DNA of 64,000 bases from Monocercomonoides exilis PA203. Taxonomy: Eukaryota; Protista; Preaxostyla. Of this stretch, positions 13,891 to 26,510 are shown piece by piece. A program made the translations under genes and the position numbers. The notes below the pieces were generated by a model. The model was given only the letters and a program-made list of their open reading frames with translations. It searched no databases and was not told the DNA's origin. Where the stretch lies: positions 744,001-808,000 of the forward strand of contig LSRY02000038.1 in NCBI GenBank assembly GCA_001643675.2, read 5' to 3'. Position 1 is the first letter of the stretch. Each line of letters starts with the position of its first letter.

Positions 13891-15420
13891 ATGGCAACAA
13901 CAGGCTGCAAAACACTTTTTTCTGCTTCGCAAATAGTTTTCAAAAACATTAAGAAGTGTCAATTATCATTTATAAAAACTGAAGTTGGATCCAATGCTAT
14001 TGTTAACGGAGTATGGGGAAAAGGCATGACACCATTGAAATCAAAACAATATATTGTAAAAATAAGTTTGCCTGCAATTATTATAAGAAGACAAACAACT
14101 GGAAACAGTGGAAAATCAGGTTATTAAGCTATTGTCCGAACAAAAAAAAATCAGACTGAAAGACATTCAATCGATGGTTTGGAAGCTTGATCTTTTTGTT
14201 TTTAAAATTCACATTTTTAATCATATTCAAGAGATTCTCAATACTGATTATGAAAGAAACGAAAAAAGAAAAAAAGAAAAATCGAAATATGCACATGATT
14301 AAATAAAAAAATGAGTTCAATATTTTAGGTGAGAACAATGAAAACTGGTTTAAATCACATCATCAATGATCATATTCATTTAAAGTCACTTTTTTCTTCA
14401 CATGAACATTTTTACCTCTTTTTCATTCATTTTCCATCGCATAAAATCACAGAACTAAATTTATATAATCACATTTTATTTCATTATGGATGGTTTTTTC
14501 AATGAAAAGTGGACATTTTGATCAAATTTATCTATTTTTCAATAATTCAGAAATGTGACTAAATAGGTCTTAATAATATTTTATAATAGAAAAGATTGTT
14601 TTAACTTTTGAAAAGTGTGTATTCATGATGAATTTCCAAATATCAATAATTTGACTTAAAATGAATTATAAAATATTTTTTTTTTATTCTGTATAAATTA
14701 ATATCGCATTTTATCTAAATCGGATATATACACAAGCAGTTGTGTGAAAATTGATGTGATTATTTCCGGTTTTAAATGAACCTTCTTAATTAGTATTTGA
14801 GACCTCACTACCAACATCAACCTTTTTTATGTGACAAGTGCGAATGGTTGTCGATACATGGAGCCAATAATTATCCTTTTCAAAACAATTCTCCAAGAAT
14901 ATCTTCTTGCTCCAACTTCTCAAGCTGTTTTCGTTCCTTCAACAAGCGGACACATAACTTCTGTGCTGTTTTTGAATTTATATAAGAAATGTTTCATCAT
15001 TGAAATTGTGATAAAAATAAAAGCAATTAGAATGGAATTTGCCCATAATGCTTTAATCATGGATGTGGGAATGTGTCACTCTCTAGAAGAAATAAGAATT
15101 ATTTTCTGAGACAATTCGATTGATCTTATAAAACTGCCTTCACGCACTTCTCATATTCTACAACCAAATGATCAGTTTATCTTCACACTCATGAAAAGAA
15201 CCTTTGCATAATCCATTGACTGCAGAACAACAACAACTTCATCGTCAAAAAAAAAAAAAAAGAATTTGTATCAGTTTTATTTTATGGATTGTCCGTTGCG
15301 AGCTACCCATAACAGTTAAATCTTTATAAAGAAAACGTAACATGTGGCCTGTTAACAAAACAGAACTACTTGAGGGAATATCAAAAAACCCTCCAGAATA
15401 TGCAAAAAAAGAAATGGGAC
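13891..15420 (+). pseudogene. Heavily decayed pogo-like DDE transposase in two pieces
   Basis: 14108-14176 (ENQVIKLLSEQKKIRLKDIQSM) resembles the N-terminal exon of the element at 37430-37642 (ENKTIVMLSEGKVVRVKDIFKM). About 15040-15200 reads ALIMDVGMCHS...LIKLPSRTSHILQPNDQFIF, the DDE_1 core. Multiple stops and frameshifts. Confidence 0.7.
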
Positions 15421-15521
15421 CTCAAAAAGCACCCAAAGGAGCATAATATAAAGTTATTTTTAAAACTTCTGACGATTTTTCAAACTCAATTCCATCGATA
15501 TGTTAATTTATATAATCACAT

Positions 15522-15522
<1 letters not shown>

Positions 15523-15575
<53 letters not shown>
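15523..15575. repeat. Poly(T) tract, 53 nt
   Basis: Seen directly. Confidence 0.95.
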
Positions 15576-15576
<1 letters not shown>

Positions 15577-16575
15577 TGACGAATAATTTTTATCACATCC
15601 CCCTGTGTTTGTTTCATTATTCTATTTCATTATTGATCACAACAATTTCGTTGACTTGAATTGATGTCAGTGATGTGATTTGCGTCACTGACGTGTCACA
15701 ATTCAGAGTTTGGCTAACTCGTCAGTATAAAATTATGGCATTTGCTCAAAAGAAAGATATTACCCTTTATGTATTTTATTTTCTATGAAAATCTATTCCA
15801 TTATGTAATAATTATTTGTCATACAACTTTTTCTCATATTAAAAACAACCCCAATAACAACAAAGTAAAACGTTATTTCGAGTATTTCATTTATGTGATC
15901 CAACAAAAATAATTCTTTTTTTTAATTAAAGAGAAAATTCGAATGATTGCAAATTAAGAATGCTGGAGTATGAAAAATAATAGTTATTTCTGTGTGTTTA
16001 TTATGGCTTTTAGGGTACAAATAAAGGAAATAATAACTCAAAAATTACTATTTAGGGTTATGTCTGTCTGTTGGGATTACACCTAAATAAATTGTGCTTC
16101 CGAAACAAGGAAAAATATTTTTATCCAAATAACAATGGTCTTTCTTTTATAATTTCAAAAATAAATAAATAAATAAATAATTGATGAATTATTATTGATC
16201 GCTGTAGATTACAATTTGAAAATACTTTCACTTCCAAAGAAATAATATTTGTTAGTCCGTCAGTAATATAAATTTTGTGGTAAAAAGTCAATAAGTCACA
16301 CAAGTTTACGTTTGCAGTTCATCATTTCACAAAATGGAGAATCATGCACACTTATCATTATTTTATTTCAAATATTTTTGAAATGCCAAAAGAGAAACAA
16401 AAAGAAAAGAAAGTCAAATTATAAATTTATATTAAAAACAAACATCCAAAAGTGGCAAATTAAAAGAATATCTAAACTTTTTATCTGTGATTATTGATGT
16501 TTAAAATGATTTATTTAATATTATTAATCTATTGTGATGTGAAAAAAATTGTCTGAAAATGTTCTGAAATATTAA

Positions 16576-17726
16576 TTAAATCGATTTGTTATCAAACTGA
16601 TCAACCGATAATTTCTGTTTAATCATCAGAATAATTAGAAGCATCCTCTCCGTCACCAACGCCACATGAATCTTCTTCAATTTCAGCTGATCTGGCACAT
16701 ATGGGATATCGTCAGCATCAGGAATTTCATCATTTTCTGTAAGATCAATTTCATTATCCATAAATATGGGTTTTTTTCTGGATAAAATGTAACATTTTTT
16801 GCAATATTTCGACAAAGCTTGGGTTCAGATTTCGTTTTACAAGCCTCATGGACAAGCAATCCGCAATAATCGTTTTTCTAACTCCATGCTTGGGGGAAAT
16901 GCTCTAAAATGACTCCATTACTCTTATGCCGCATTTGTGCAAGCTCCTGTTTCTGGATCTTTGAAGTTCCTTTTATGACAAACTGTAATATGAGCACATC
17001 CTACATCTTTCAAACAACTGTATCTTTTCCATTCGTCACTATTTATTGTTGTTCTTGGCACTGTTCTATCTTGAATTATTTGAATCAACGTTTCTTTTGT
17101 CCTGTTTGGAACAATGATGACAAAATTTGCGCCAGCTCCTCCTCCTTCCTTCCTTTTTTTCTGCTCCTCCAAAAATCCACAATAAATCTTTCTTTCTTCC
17201 TCTTCCGTATTTCCTTCTCCTCCAAACTGACTCATCAATTTCGACGTATTTTCCAGGTCCTCCTAATTGTGGCATCATTTCATTCCATATTTGTGTGCAA
17301 ACAACACGAATAACGCTTGTCCAATAACCAATAGTTGGAAAAGAAACACCTGTAAGTTAATGAATCTGTTTCAATCCAATTCCAATCCAATAATATAATA
17401 GAATCTGCAGAACAATATTAATAGGAAGTTTCATTTTGGAAAAAAAATGTAATTCGTACACATTGATGCTTTTTCCTGCATGTTTGACACCAAAGACATT
17501 TGTATCCTTCCGTTTCTTCTCGAATTTTCCTTTTGTTTCTGCATTTGGGGCAATCCTTTGCATCAAACTCTTGAAAATGTTGAAAAAGCCAATTCCACGT
17601 TTCTTCTTTATCATGGAAGAGAGTATTCAATTGAAATACTGTTTGACTATTTTTTTCCTCTACAGATCTTGTCGTCAAATACTGTTGATCACAATCCATT
17701 AATTTGAAATATAATATTTTTTCCAT
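16576..17726 (-). pseudogene. Merlin (ISXO2/IS1595-like) transposase, frameshifted
   Basis: N-terminal Zn ribbon (CPKC...CQTC), LGGPGKYVEIDES...WIFGG, and VPNRTKETL...INSDEWKRY...TVCHKRNFKDPETGACTN, split over several frames. TIRs not found. Confidence 0.85.
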
Positions 17727-18022
17727 TTATCTAAAATCATTTCAATTTCATATCCAATTACCAATAATTTGGCAAATTCGTCAATATATAAAGTAAATGA
17801 CTTTAACTATTTTTTAGTAAAAAATTGAGAGTTCCGATATTTTTTCATTTTGCCTCAAAAGTTAAAAATAAAAGAGAAATAATCTATAACACTGTTCAAA
17901 GATAACATAACAATCGAATTTAACAAATAAATTTATTTATATGATCAGTGTGGGATGCATAATTATTTGCTTAGGCTGTTGATATTTTTGTATTTGCTTG
18001 ATAGCGAGACAGGTGTCAGCAG

Positions 18023-21000
18023 ATGGGCAGGATGCAGATGTGGCAAATGGCAGCAGCGCTGATATGCGGGGTGTGGGGGGCGGTGGTGTGGGATGAGGTG
18101 TGTGTGGGGTACAGGAAGTCGCCGGCGCGAGGGATTGGGCCGTCGCCGCGGGAGAGCCTGGCGATGGTGGGGGTGCGGTCGGCGGAGGACGGGGCGGAAC
18201 TGGTGTACTTTGTGGCGGGGGTGGGGCAGACGGGGGCGTACACGCGGAATGTGTTTGCGTACAACACGAAGACGCGGGACTTCAACCCGATTGAGACGAA
18301 CAGCGGGGTGGGGACGCCGGAGCGGAAGAACTTTGTGTGCTTTGTTGACGGGCGGGAGATCTATGTGTGGGGCGGGGAGGGGCCGAGCGGGCTGTCGAGC
18401 GAGATGTTTGTGTTTGACACGCAGGAGAACACGTGGAAGAAGGTGGAGCAAGGGGGAGTGCGGCCGTCGGCGCGGCAGGGGGCGCACTATGCGGTGGCGG
18501 AGCGGAAGGTGTATGTGTTTGGGGGGCGGGATTTTGCGGGGAAGCAGCGGGACGTGTGGGAGTGGAGCATGGACGCGAAGGGGTGGAGGGAGGTGAGCTG
18601 GAGCGCAGGGGCAGAGGTGCCGGAGGAGCGGAGCGGGGGCGGGGCGTATGCGACGGGGTCCTGCTTGTATGTGTTTGGGGGGCTGACGAAGTCGGGGAAG
18701 AGCACGCAGGAGGTGTACCAGCTGGAGCTTGGGAGCGGGGTGTGGAGTTTGTGCAAGACAGTGGATGGAGGCGGGGCAGAGGTTGTTGTGAGGAGCCGGG
18801 TGGAGGCGGGGCTGGGGCAGTACGGGACGTGTGTGTATGTGTTTGGGGGCTTTGACTACGGGGCGGAGGCGTGCACAGTGGGGGACTTTGTGGTGCTGGA
18901 CTTTGGGGGAGCAGACGCGACGAAGGAGGTGGTGGCGGAGGTGGTGAGTGTGGAGGACGAGGGGCTGTGGCGGCGGCGGTGCGGGGTTATTGTGATGGAG
19001 GATGCAGCAGTGGCGGGGAAGCGGGTGGGGTTTATATTTGGGGGAGACAAGGACGGGGAGAAGCTGGGGGACATGATTGAGGTTGAGTTCAACACAGTGA
19101 GTGGGAGTGGGAGTGGGAGTGGGAGTGGGAGTGGGAGTGGGAGTGGGAGTGGGAGTGGGAGTGGGAGTGGGAGTGGGAATGAAAGGGAGAATGGAGGGAA
19201 GAAGAAGAACAGGCTAGAGCTGAGGTTTGAGGAGATCGCGCGAAACATGCCGACAGTGCCGCAGCCGCGGTCGCACCACCGGGCGCTGGCGGTGGAGAAC
19301 AAGATGTGGATCTTTGGGGGGATTGGGGAAGGCGGGGTGCTGCTGAACGACCTGCACAGCTACGACTTCGGGACGCAGAGGTGGAGTGCGGGGGAGACGG
19401 AGAAAGGGTCGCGAGAGGCGCCATTCCTGTACGACTTCTGCATGTGCGAGCATGCGGGGCGGCTGTTTGTGTATGGGGGGTATGGGAAGAACTCGGAGAC
19501 GGGGAGTGTGGAGGCGAAGAACGACCTGTGGGCGTACTCGTCGGTGACGCACCGGTGGCGGGTGATTGAGCCTTTGACGGACTTCCGGTGCCCGGCGGTG
19601 ACGAACGGGATCGGGCTGGTGCTGCACAAGACGATCTTCATCATCGGGGGGTTTGTGGGGACGGAGCCGTCGAACGAGGTGTGGCGGTTCTCGCTGGTGA
19701 CGCAGAAGTGGATGCGGATCCGGACGAAGTATGTGCCGAAGGCGCAGTTTGACATGGAGAAGGACCCGCCGGTGTTTGTGCGGCCGTCGTATGAGAACAG
19801 CGGAGGAGAAAGGAGAGGAGAAGGGAATGAATGGGATGTGGACACAGAGACGCTGAACAAGCGGAAGATGGCAGAGTTTGTGGAGCGGATGAAGAAAGAG
19901 ATTCGGGATTTGGAATGGGAAGGGGGAGAAGAAGGGGAGGTTGTGGACTTTGGGAAGATTGGGGCGAAAGGGAATGGGAAAGGGAAAGGGAAAGGGAAGA
20001 GGGTGCTGAACAGCAAGCAGCAGCGGCTGGCAGAGAAGGGGATGCTGGGATCGAATGTGGAGTATGAGCTGGAAGGGCGTGAGGGAGGGTTTGTGTTTCC
20101 GACGACGCGGCGGGTGGGGGGCGGAGAGGACAAGTGGGATCTGCTGCTGATTGGCGGGGGCATCTCGGGGTATAAACAGTCGATTGGGCGGGTGGACCAG
20201 CTGCTGGTGGACTTTGCGTGCGACGACGCGTCGTTCTACATGGACACGGAGAACAGCACGCGGGCGCTGGCATACTACAGCGACCCGATTGAGCTGGGGG
20301 TGGGGGCAGGGGACGGGGCAGCGATGTTCTACGAGAGCTACACGGTGGCGACGGACGAGGGGTTTGTGTCGTACGGGGGGCTGGATGTGGACTACCCGCA
20401 GAGCTGTGTGACGTATGTGGAGCTGAAGAACGTGAGTGCGCCTGTGGTGCGGCGGCAGGCGGGGGTGGGCGGGGAAGGGTTCCTGAAGATGGCGGGCGGG
20501 GCGGCGGTGGTGTTTGGGCGGACGGTGTATGCTTTTGGGGGGCTGATCATCGGGAAGAACATCCCGACGGAGCAGCAGCCGCACAACCAGATGGTGGTGG
20601 TGGAGCTGGCGGGGGCGTTCCACTGCTCGCCGGGGACGTATGCGTTGGACGGGGGGGATGCGACATCGGCGTGTGTGGCGTGCGGGGTGGGGTCGTTCAA
20701 CAAGAAGTGGAAGCAGAAGGAGTGCACGCTGTGCCGGGCAGGGTCGGTGGCGCGGTGGGTGGGGGCGTCGTCGCCGTACCACTGCAAGTCGTGTCCGGCG
20801 GGGTACTACAACAACCGGGAAGGGTCGGGGACATGCACGCCGTGTGGGGAGAGTGCGTCAGTGGCAAATGGGAATTATGAGGGGAATGAGGTGATTGTGA
20901 AGAAGACAAGAAGGGTTATGGGAGGTGATGGAAAGGGGAGGAGGAACAGCAACAATACAACACAATTGAACAGTGATGAAGATGAAGAAGAAGAAATAAA

Positions 21001-23111
21001 GAAAACGGGGGAAGAGGGAGAGAAGTATTGTCCTGTGGGGTCGACGACGAACAAGGCGATGTTTCCGCCGGCGGCAGAGACGGATGTGCAGCCGCCGTTC
21101 TACCAGACGATGGACGGGGTGTCGTATGTGGTGATGATTGTGTGCTATTTGGGGGGCATTGGGCTGGGGGTGGTGATTGGGGCGCTGCTGTGTGTGTGCC
21201 CGTGCCGGGAGCACATCTGGCTGGTGGATGTGTTTTCGGAGTCGAACCCGGCACACTACGACAGGACGACGCACAAAGCGCCGCAGATTATGCGGAAGTC
21301 GAAGGTGGGGGCGTTTGTGACGGCGACGTTTGTGACGTTTCTGGTGTGCTCGATGGCAGATATCATTGTGGAGTTTGCGCTGAACAACATCACGGAGACG
21401 AAGGCGCTGATCTCGTCGGCGATGTACCCGCAGCGGAAGCTGGATGAGGCGACGATGGACAGCATGGAGTTTGTGATTACGATGAAGGACATGCATGCGA
21501 CGTGTGTGCGGGGGGTGAAGGATGTGGGGGAGACGACGGGGTATGGGGAGTGTGCAGACACGCTGAAGATCTCGACACAGAACTTTGTGAATGCAAGTGT
21601 GCCATTGAATTTTATTTTATTTGTTATTATTAAATTGTTGTTATTGAATAAAAGGAGGAGGAGAGCCGTTTGACATCAAGTGCCGGCAGACGCCGTCGAA
21701 GAACATCTTCCACAACACAGTTGCCGACTGCGAGATCCGCCTGGCAGCAGGGCTGAGCAAGATGGACTTTGGAGGAAGTGGAGGAGGAAATGGAAGTGGA
21801 AGTGGAGGAGGTGTTGGAGATGGGGCAGGGCCGAAGATCTTTGTGGAGTCGACGGAGGAGGAGGCGCATGCGTTTGCGGTGTATGCAGGGATGCGAGTGG
21901 ACACGGGGATCCAATTTGAGAAGGCGGGGGACCGGATGTCGTTCCAGAGCATTGCGGCGAAGACGGAGACGGGGGATGCGATCAAAGGGAAGACGCCGCT
22001 GCGGTTTGTGTTCTCGCTGATAGCGTCGTTCTTTGTGGATGCGCAGAACGAGGAGCACCAGGGGATGCAGATAGTGTCTTCGTCGTATGCGCTGGGGTCG
22101 ACGGCGACGAACGACGACATGTTTGTGGACTACGGGCTGATGGTGGAGGTGGACTTTGAGCGGGACATCGACATCCTGCAGACGAGCTGGACGGCGCGGA
22201 ACAAGTGGTTCACGTTCTTTGCGAACATGCTGTCGACGCTGATGGGGTTTATGGGGATCTTCTCGGCGGTGGTGTGGATTGTGCAGAAGGTGATGCTGGC
22301 AGACGTGAAGGGGGCGCGGGTGTTGCGGGAGTTTATGTGGCGCGACCCGGACTTGCCTGGGGAGGGAGGGGAAGGAGATGAGAAAATGGAGAAGGATAAG
22401 ACGAAAATGAAGGGGAAAGAGATGGAGACGGAGATGGAAGAAGAGGAAGAAGAGGAAGGGAAAGGAGAGGATGAGAAGGAAATGACAGCGAGTGGGAAAG
22501 ACACAGGGCTGATGTCTTCTGGAACAATAGAGGCAGACTCATCTCATTTATCACATAGAGAAGAGGGAGAAAGGGAGAAGGGAGAAAAGGAGGGAGAAAA
22601 GGAGGGAGAAAAGGAGGGAGAAAAGGAGGGAGAAAGAGGAAGGAGTGGGAGTGAGTTTGTGCTTCGGCCGATTGGAGGGCTGGGGGCGATGCCGATTGGG
22701 AATGCGCAGACAGCCACTTCACAATCGTCGCATTCATCTCAAGTGACTCACACATCTCAACTGAGTCATTCGTCGCATTCATCGACGGGCAGGGTGTCTG
22801 TGGTGGGAGAAGAGGAAGATGAGGAGGAAGATGCAGGAGAAAAGAGAGAAGCAGGAGACGTAACAACAACAACATCATCATCAGGGCTGTTGGGGATGAC
22901 GGCAGAGGATGGCCTGTATGGGCTGCCAGCACCGCCGTCGGCGCAGGGCGGGAAGCGGGGCGAGGGGAGCAGAGGGCAAAGCAGAGTTGGGAGCAGAGTT
23001 TGGAGCAGAAGAGGAAGCAGAGGAGACGGGGTGGTGACGCCGAGAGAGGAGGAGGCAGAAGGAGGGCAGATGGCATTCACGATGACGAATGTGGCGAAAG
23101 AGTATTCGTGA
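18023..23111 (+). CDS. Kelch-repeat / Cys-rich (ephrin-receptor-like) multipass membrane protein, ~1676 aa; intron 21597-21654
   Basis: Signal-peptide-like N-terminus. Many Kelch motifs (YVWGG, YVFGG, WIFGG, FVYGG). CxxGxY/F Cys repeats (CSPGTY, CGVGSF, CPAGYY). Three hydrophobic TM segments. Removing the AT-rich 58-nt GT...AG intron joins ORFs 18023-21673 and 21762-23111 in frame. Confidence 0.88.
19100..19178 (+). repeat. (GGGAGT)n coding microsatellite encoding a Gly-Ser linker
   Basis: Seen directly; translates as SGSGSG in frame. Confidence 0.9.
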
Positions 23112-23130
23112 GATAGAGAAAAGAGAAGAA

Positions 23131-23536
23131 GGGGAGGAAGAGGGGAGGAAGAGGGGAGGAAGAGGGGAGGAAGAGGGGAGGAAGAGGGGAGGAAGAGGGG
23201 AGGAAGAGGGGAGGAAGAGGGGAGGAAGAGGGGAGGAAGAGGGGAGGAAGAGGGGAGGAAGAGGGGAGGAAGAGGGGAGGAAGAGGGGAGGAAGAGGGGA
23301 GGAAGAGGGGAGGAAGAGGGGAGGAAGAGGGGAGGAAGAGGGGAGGAAGAGGGGAGGAAGAGGGGAGGAAGAGGGGAGGAAGAGGGGAGGAAGAGGGGAG
23401 GAAGAGGGGAGGAAGAGGGGAGGAAGAGGGGAGGAAGAGGGGAGGAAGAGGGGAGGAAGAGGGGAGGAAGAGGGGAGGAAGAGGGGAGGAAGAGGGGAGG
23501 AAGAGGGGAGGAAGAGGGGAGGAAGAGGGGAGGAAG
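23131..23536 (+). repeat. 11-bp all-purine tandem repeat (GAGGAAGAGGG)n, ~37 units
   Basis: Seen directly, just 3' of the Kelch stop codon. Confidence 0.95.
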
Positions 23537-24270
23537 GAGAGATGAAAATGGAAAATTTTCTGTTTTTGCTGAGTGAGTGAGTGAGTAGGTGGGTGAGTGC
23601 ATTTGATGTTATTTGTTTATGCCCTGCCGCGCATCTGGGATACGCATTTGATGCTTGCTCCTGCCATTTCTTTTTCTTTTTCTTTTTCTTTTTTTTCCTG
23701 GTGGATCTGAGCAGAAAGAAAGGTGGATGCAGCGTTTTATGTGTGTGCCGGGCTCGTCCGGGGAAGTGGCGTCTGCCGGCTGGAGGCAGAGCTGTGCGGT
23801 GCATCGATAATCTTGCTTGTCTTTATTTCGCTCCCTCTCCCGTCGTACATTTGTCTTCATGAAAGTGTTTTTATTTCCACTCGTATTTTCATGTTTTGCA
23901 TGTATTTTTATGTTGTGCTATGCTTTGCATTTTGTTACAAATTGTTTGTTTAATTTCATAAGAATTTATAAGAATTTATAAGATTTATTAAGACTTTGTT
24001 TTGCTTTGTTTTTGTTTGCTTTTTGCTGCTGGGCTGGCAATCAGCATGCTATTTTGTCTGGCCTCGCAGCTTCAGATGGTGGCCTGCTGCGTTTTCTCTT
24101 CACTTCGCTTTTTTTTTATTTTCTTTTTTCTTTTTTGAGCAGAAGGATCATCCAGACACCAAACCTTGCCTTTTATTTTATTTATCTTTATTTTTTATTA
24201 ATTTTTTGGGGGGAAGGGGAGGGCAAGTTGGCGCAAATGCTAGAAAAACTTCGGAGGGTTGGGCTCTCAG

Positions 24271-24342
24271 AAACCAGGAAACCAGGAAACCAGGAAACCA
24301 GGAAACCAGGAAACCAGGAAACCAGGAAACCTGGAAACCTGG
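24271..24342 (+). repeat. 8-bp tandem repeat AAACCWGG x9
   Basis: AAACCAGG x7 followed by AAACCTGG x2; mirrored at 29331-29402. Confidence 0.95.
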
Positions 24343-24879
24343 AAGCACACGAAACAAAAAGGAAAACAAAGCATAGAGCCATAAAATGGGGTTTCTCATT
24401 CAACTTCTTTTGATGGCCAAACACAAATCGGAAGATCTTTTGTGAAGTGCGGAAACGGCAAAGCCTGCCAAAGAGCTGGCGTGGTGCATTTTGGCAACCT
24501 CTCCAGAAAAACACAAAAGCAGAAAAAGCAAAGTCATCAGGTGCAGGCGTCGCATTGCAAAAAGGCTGCAGATAAAATGCTGCCAAAAAGCGAATGCAGT
24601 CAGATCACAACTTAAAGTAACATTCAGAAACTCGTTTTTGTTTCAGATTTTCTGCAATTAAATGCATTAATATAACATTATAGGTCCTGTTAGGTGCGAA
24701 TTTTCTGTTTTTGTCATGCATCCTTTTTAAAGAAAAAAAAATCTATAGGGTTATCTTTTTAATGGGACATTTTTCTTTATTGGCACTTTTTCGAAAAGAA
24801 CAAACAAAACTACAACACTTCTTGATATGGGAATGTTAGTAATTTGGAGTTACTATAAGTCTGCCTGAAAGTGTCTGAC

Positions 24880-26221
24880 TTAGCTTGTTTGCACTATTCG
24901 ATTTGTTGTGAGTTCCACGTAGTTGCAAGCATTCATCGCGTTGGTTCCTGTTGTGTGGTCTTCTGAGGGTTCTTTAATCCTATTCTGAAAGAAACCATAT
25001 GTGATTTGTGCAGATTGTGTGTTTGTCAGTGGTTTTATTGTTTCCTGTGTGTGAGCTGACTGTGATGGGAAGCCTGTAGAGAGGTTTGGAGGAGCGAAAG
25101 ATGGCTGTTGTGGGTATTGGGTTGGATTTGTATGGGGTTGCGGCGGAACAAGAAGCATGTTTGCCATATTTGCTGCGATGTTGGAATGGAAATAAGAGCG
25201 TGACGGGGCATGTGCGCTTGGTGAAAGCTATGCATATTTCGCAATGAGAATTTCTGGGACTTCTTTCAGCGTGAGCGCGGATTCAGTTAAATTTTTAAAT
25301 AGTGTACGGTCTGAATTCCTCCGGGATTCCCACCTGTGTCATGCCAAGCCTTGCTAGCTTCCTGATTCCCGATGTCTTCAATGGTGTGTGATGAGTTGTA
25401 TTCAATAGGAAGGTGTCTCTAGATTCATAGGTCCTCTTCGCTCTTTCCCAGAGGCAAATAATGGTGTTTACTTGGCACACTTTTACGTCTAATTTCTTTA
25501 GGTATGGAACAGTGAGGTAACTTGGTGGTAGAGATGTTTTTATCTTTGCATGAAAATGAATTGCTTCACTATCAAATATTGACTTACTCATAGAGATTTG
25601 TTCTAGCTCATGAAAACGGCAGGCTGTGAACAGAGTATTGAGTAGGATGTACGTCACTGTCAAGTCGAAGAATGATAAGAAGTTGTTATCTTGTTGGGAG
25701 TTATAGTAATTGAAAATCAGGGAGAGGGAACACATGTAAGTGACGGGGGTTCGCTGTTTGTGTGATTTGTGAAACGAGCGGAACAATGTCATGATAATTA
25801 GCACTTTACCGATATCCTCTCCATAGGCAATTCTGGAGAAGAGGGAAACAGCTGATCTCGATGCGCAAAGGCAGGAGGAAGGGAAGCCCTTCTCTTTTAA
25901 CTTCATAAAAAGCGTTGTTCATGTATTGCACCATTCGACGAAGTCATCAGGAAAATCACCACGGTTCTCTTCCATCCAGGCTTGGGCAAAATGCGCAAAG
26001 TCAAATAAGTTTGCAGTCCATGTTGATAGAACCGCACTGTTTAAGGACTCGACAATTAAGTTCTGTGGGACATTGCACTTTTGAATACTGCTCCTCCGCC
26101 ATAGTTCCCCTCTTTTGGCTACCAATTCAGTTAGGCCGCTAAGAATGTACCCGGTGGCAGCGATGCTCCCGTCCTTTTCAGCCCCATTCCTGCCTTCAAT
26201 ATCCTTCGTGAATCGTTCCAT
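24880..26221 (-). pseudogene. DIRS tyrosine recombinase, disrupted
   Basis: FTACRFHEL (catalytic R), AKIKT, RPYTI*K (HxxR-equivalent position), then LIAKYA*LSPSAHAPSRSYF (candidate catalytic Y near 25195) running into ORF 24880-25167. Stops and frameshifts. Confidence 0.8.
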
Positions 26222-26234
26222 ATCTCACAGCGTG

Positions 26235-26510
26235 TAGTCATCTTCTTGTAAAACGGGGTCCACGCCTGATTCCTTTACGCCGGAAGAAGAATCACCGCCC
26301 TCGCGTTCTCCTCTTCGATTTTCTTTAGAGCTGGAAGTATCAGAGGAACTGGTGGATGTACAAGAGTGACTCCTTTACCCCAGTCTGCTTAAAGACCGTC
26401 CTCTACGATGGGGCTTCCTGGCCCATACCAAATTACAAACTTTTTGTTTCTCTCGGTTGCAAATACGTCTTGTTCGATCTTTATATCAAGTACTCGTTCC
26501 ACTTTTGCAA
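26235..26510 (-). pseudogene. DIRS DNA N6-adenine methyltransferase-like domain
   Basis: Manual translation gives QDVFATERNKKF...DGL*ADWGKGVTLVHPPVPLILPALKKI...VILLPA*RNQAW. This matches the DLFA...N.K...W...(Y/H)PP..LI...K...P.W..Q.W pattern of DIRS MT domains. Confidence 0.72.

Larger units (their letters stand above)
17941..24847 (+). repeat. Left arm of ~6.9 kb inverted repeat
   Basis: Reverse complement of 28826-35702. Mirrored ORFs (24188-24586 vs 29087-29485; 21762-23111 vs 30387-31736) have identical translations. Inner match ends at ...GTAATTTGG (24847). Confidence 0.95.

Noticed and set aside
15523-15575. Poly(T) as the tail of a retroposed insertion
   Set aside because: No TSD or recognisable SINE or retrocopy body next to it.
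19097-19212. GTGAGT at the start of the GGGAGT tract as a 5' splice site, or the tract as a telomeric repeat
   Set aside because: The tract is in frame as a Gly-Ser linker, has no AT-rich or pyrimidine acceptor like the real introns, and does not match TTAGGG.
24271-24342. Possible CRISPR-like array (also the subterminal repeats at 38900-39060)
   Set aside because: Head-to-tail repeats with no unique spacers, no cas genes, and a eukaryotic context.
22766-24586. ORFs with PPLFLPSSS, EEEGRKRGG or ETRKPGNQ repeats
   Set aside because: These are translations of the 11-bp and 8-bp tandem repeats.
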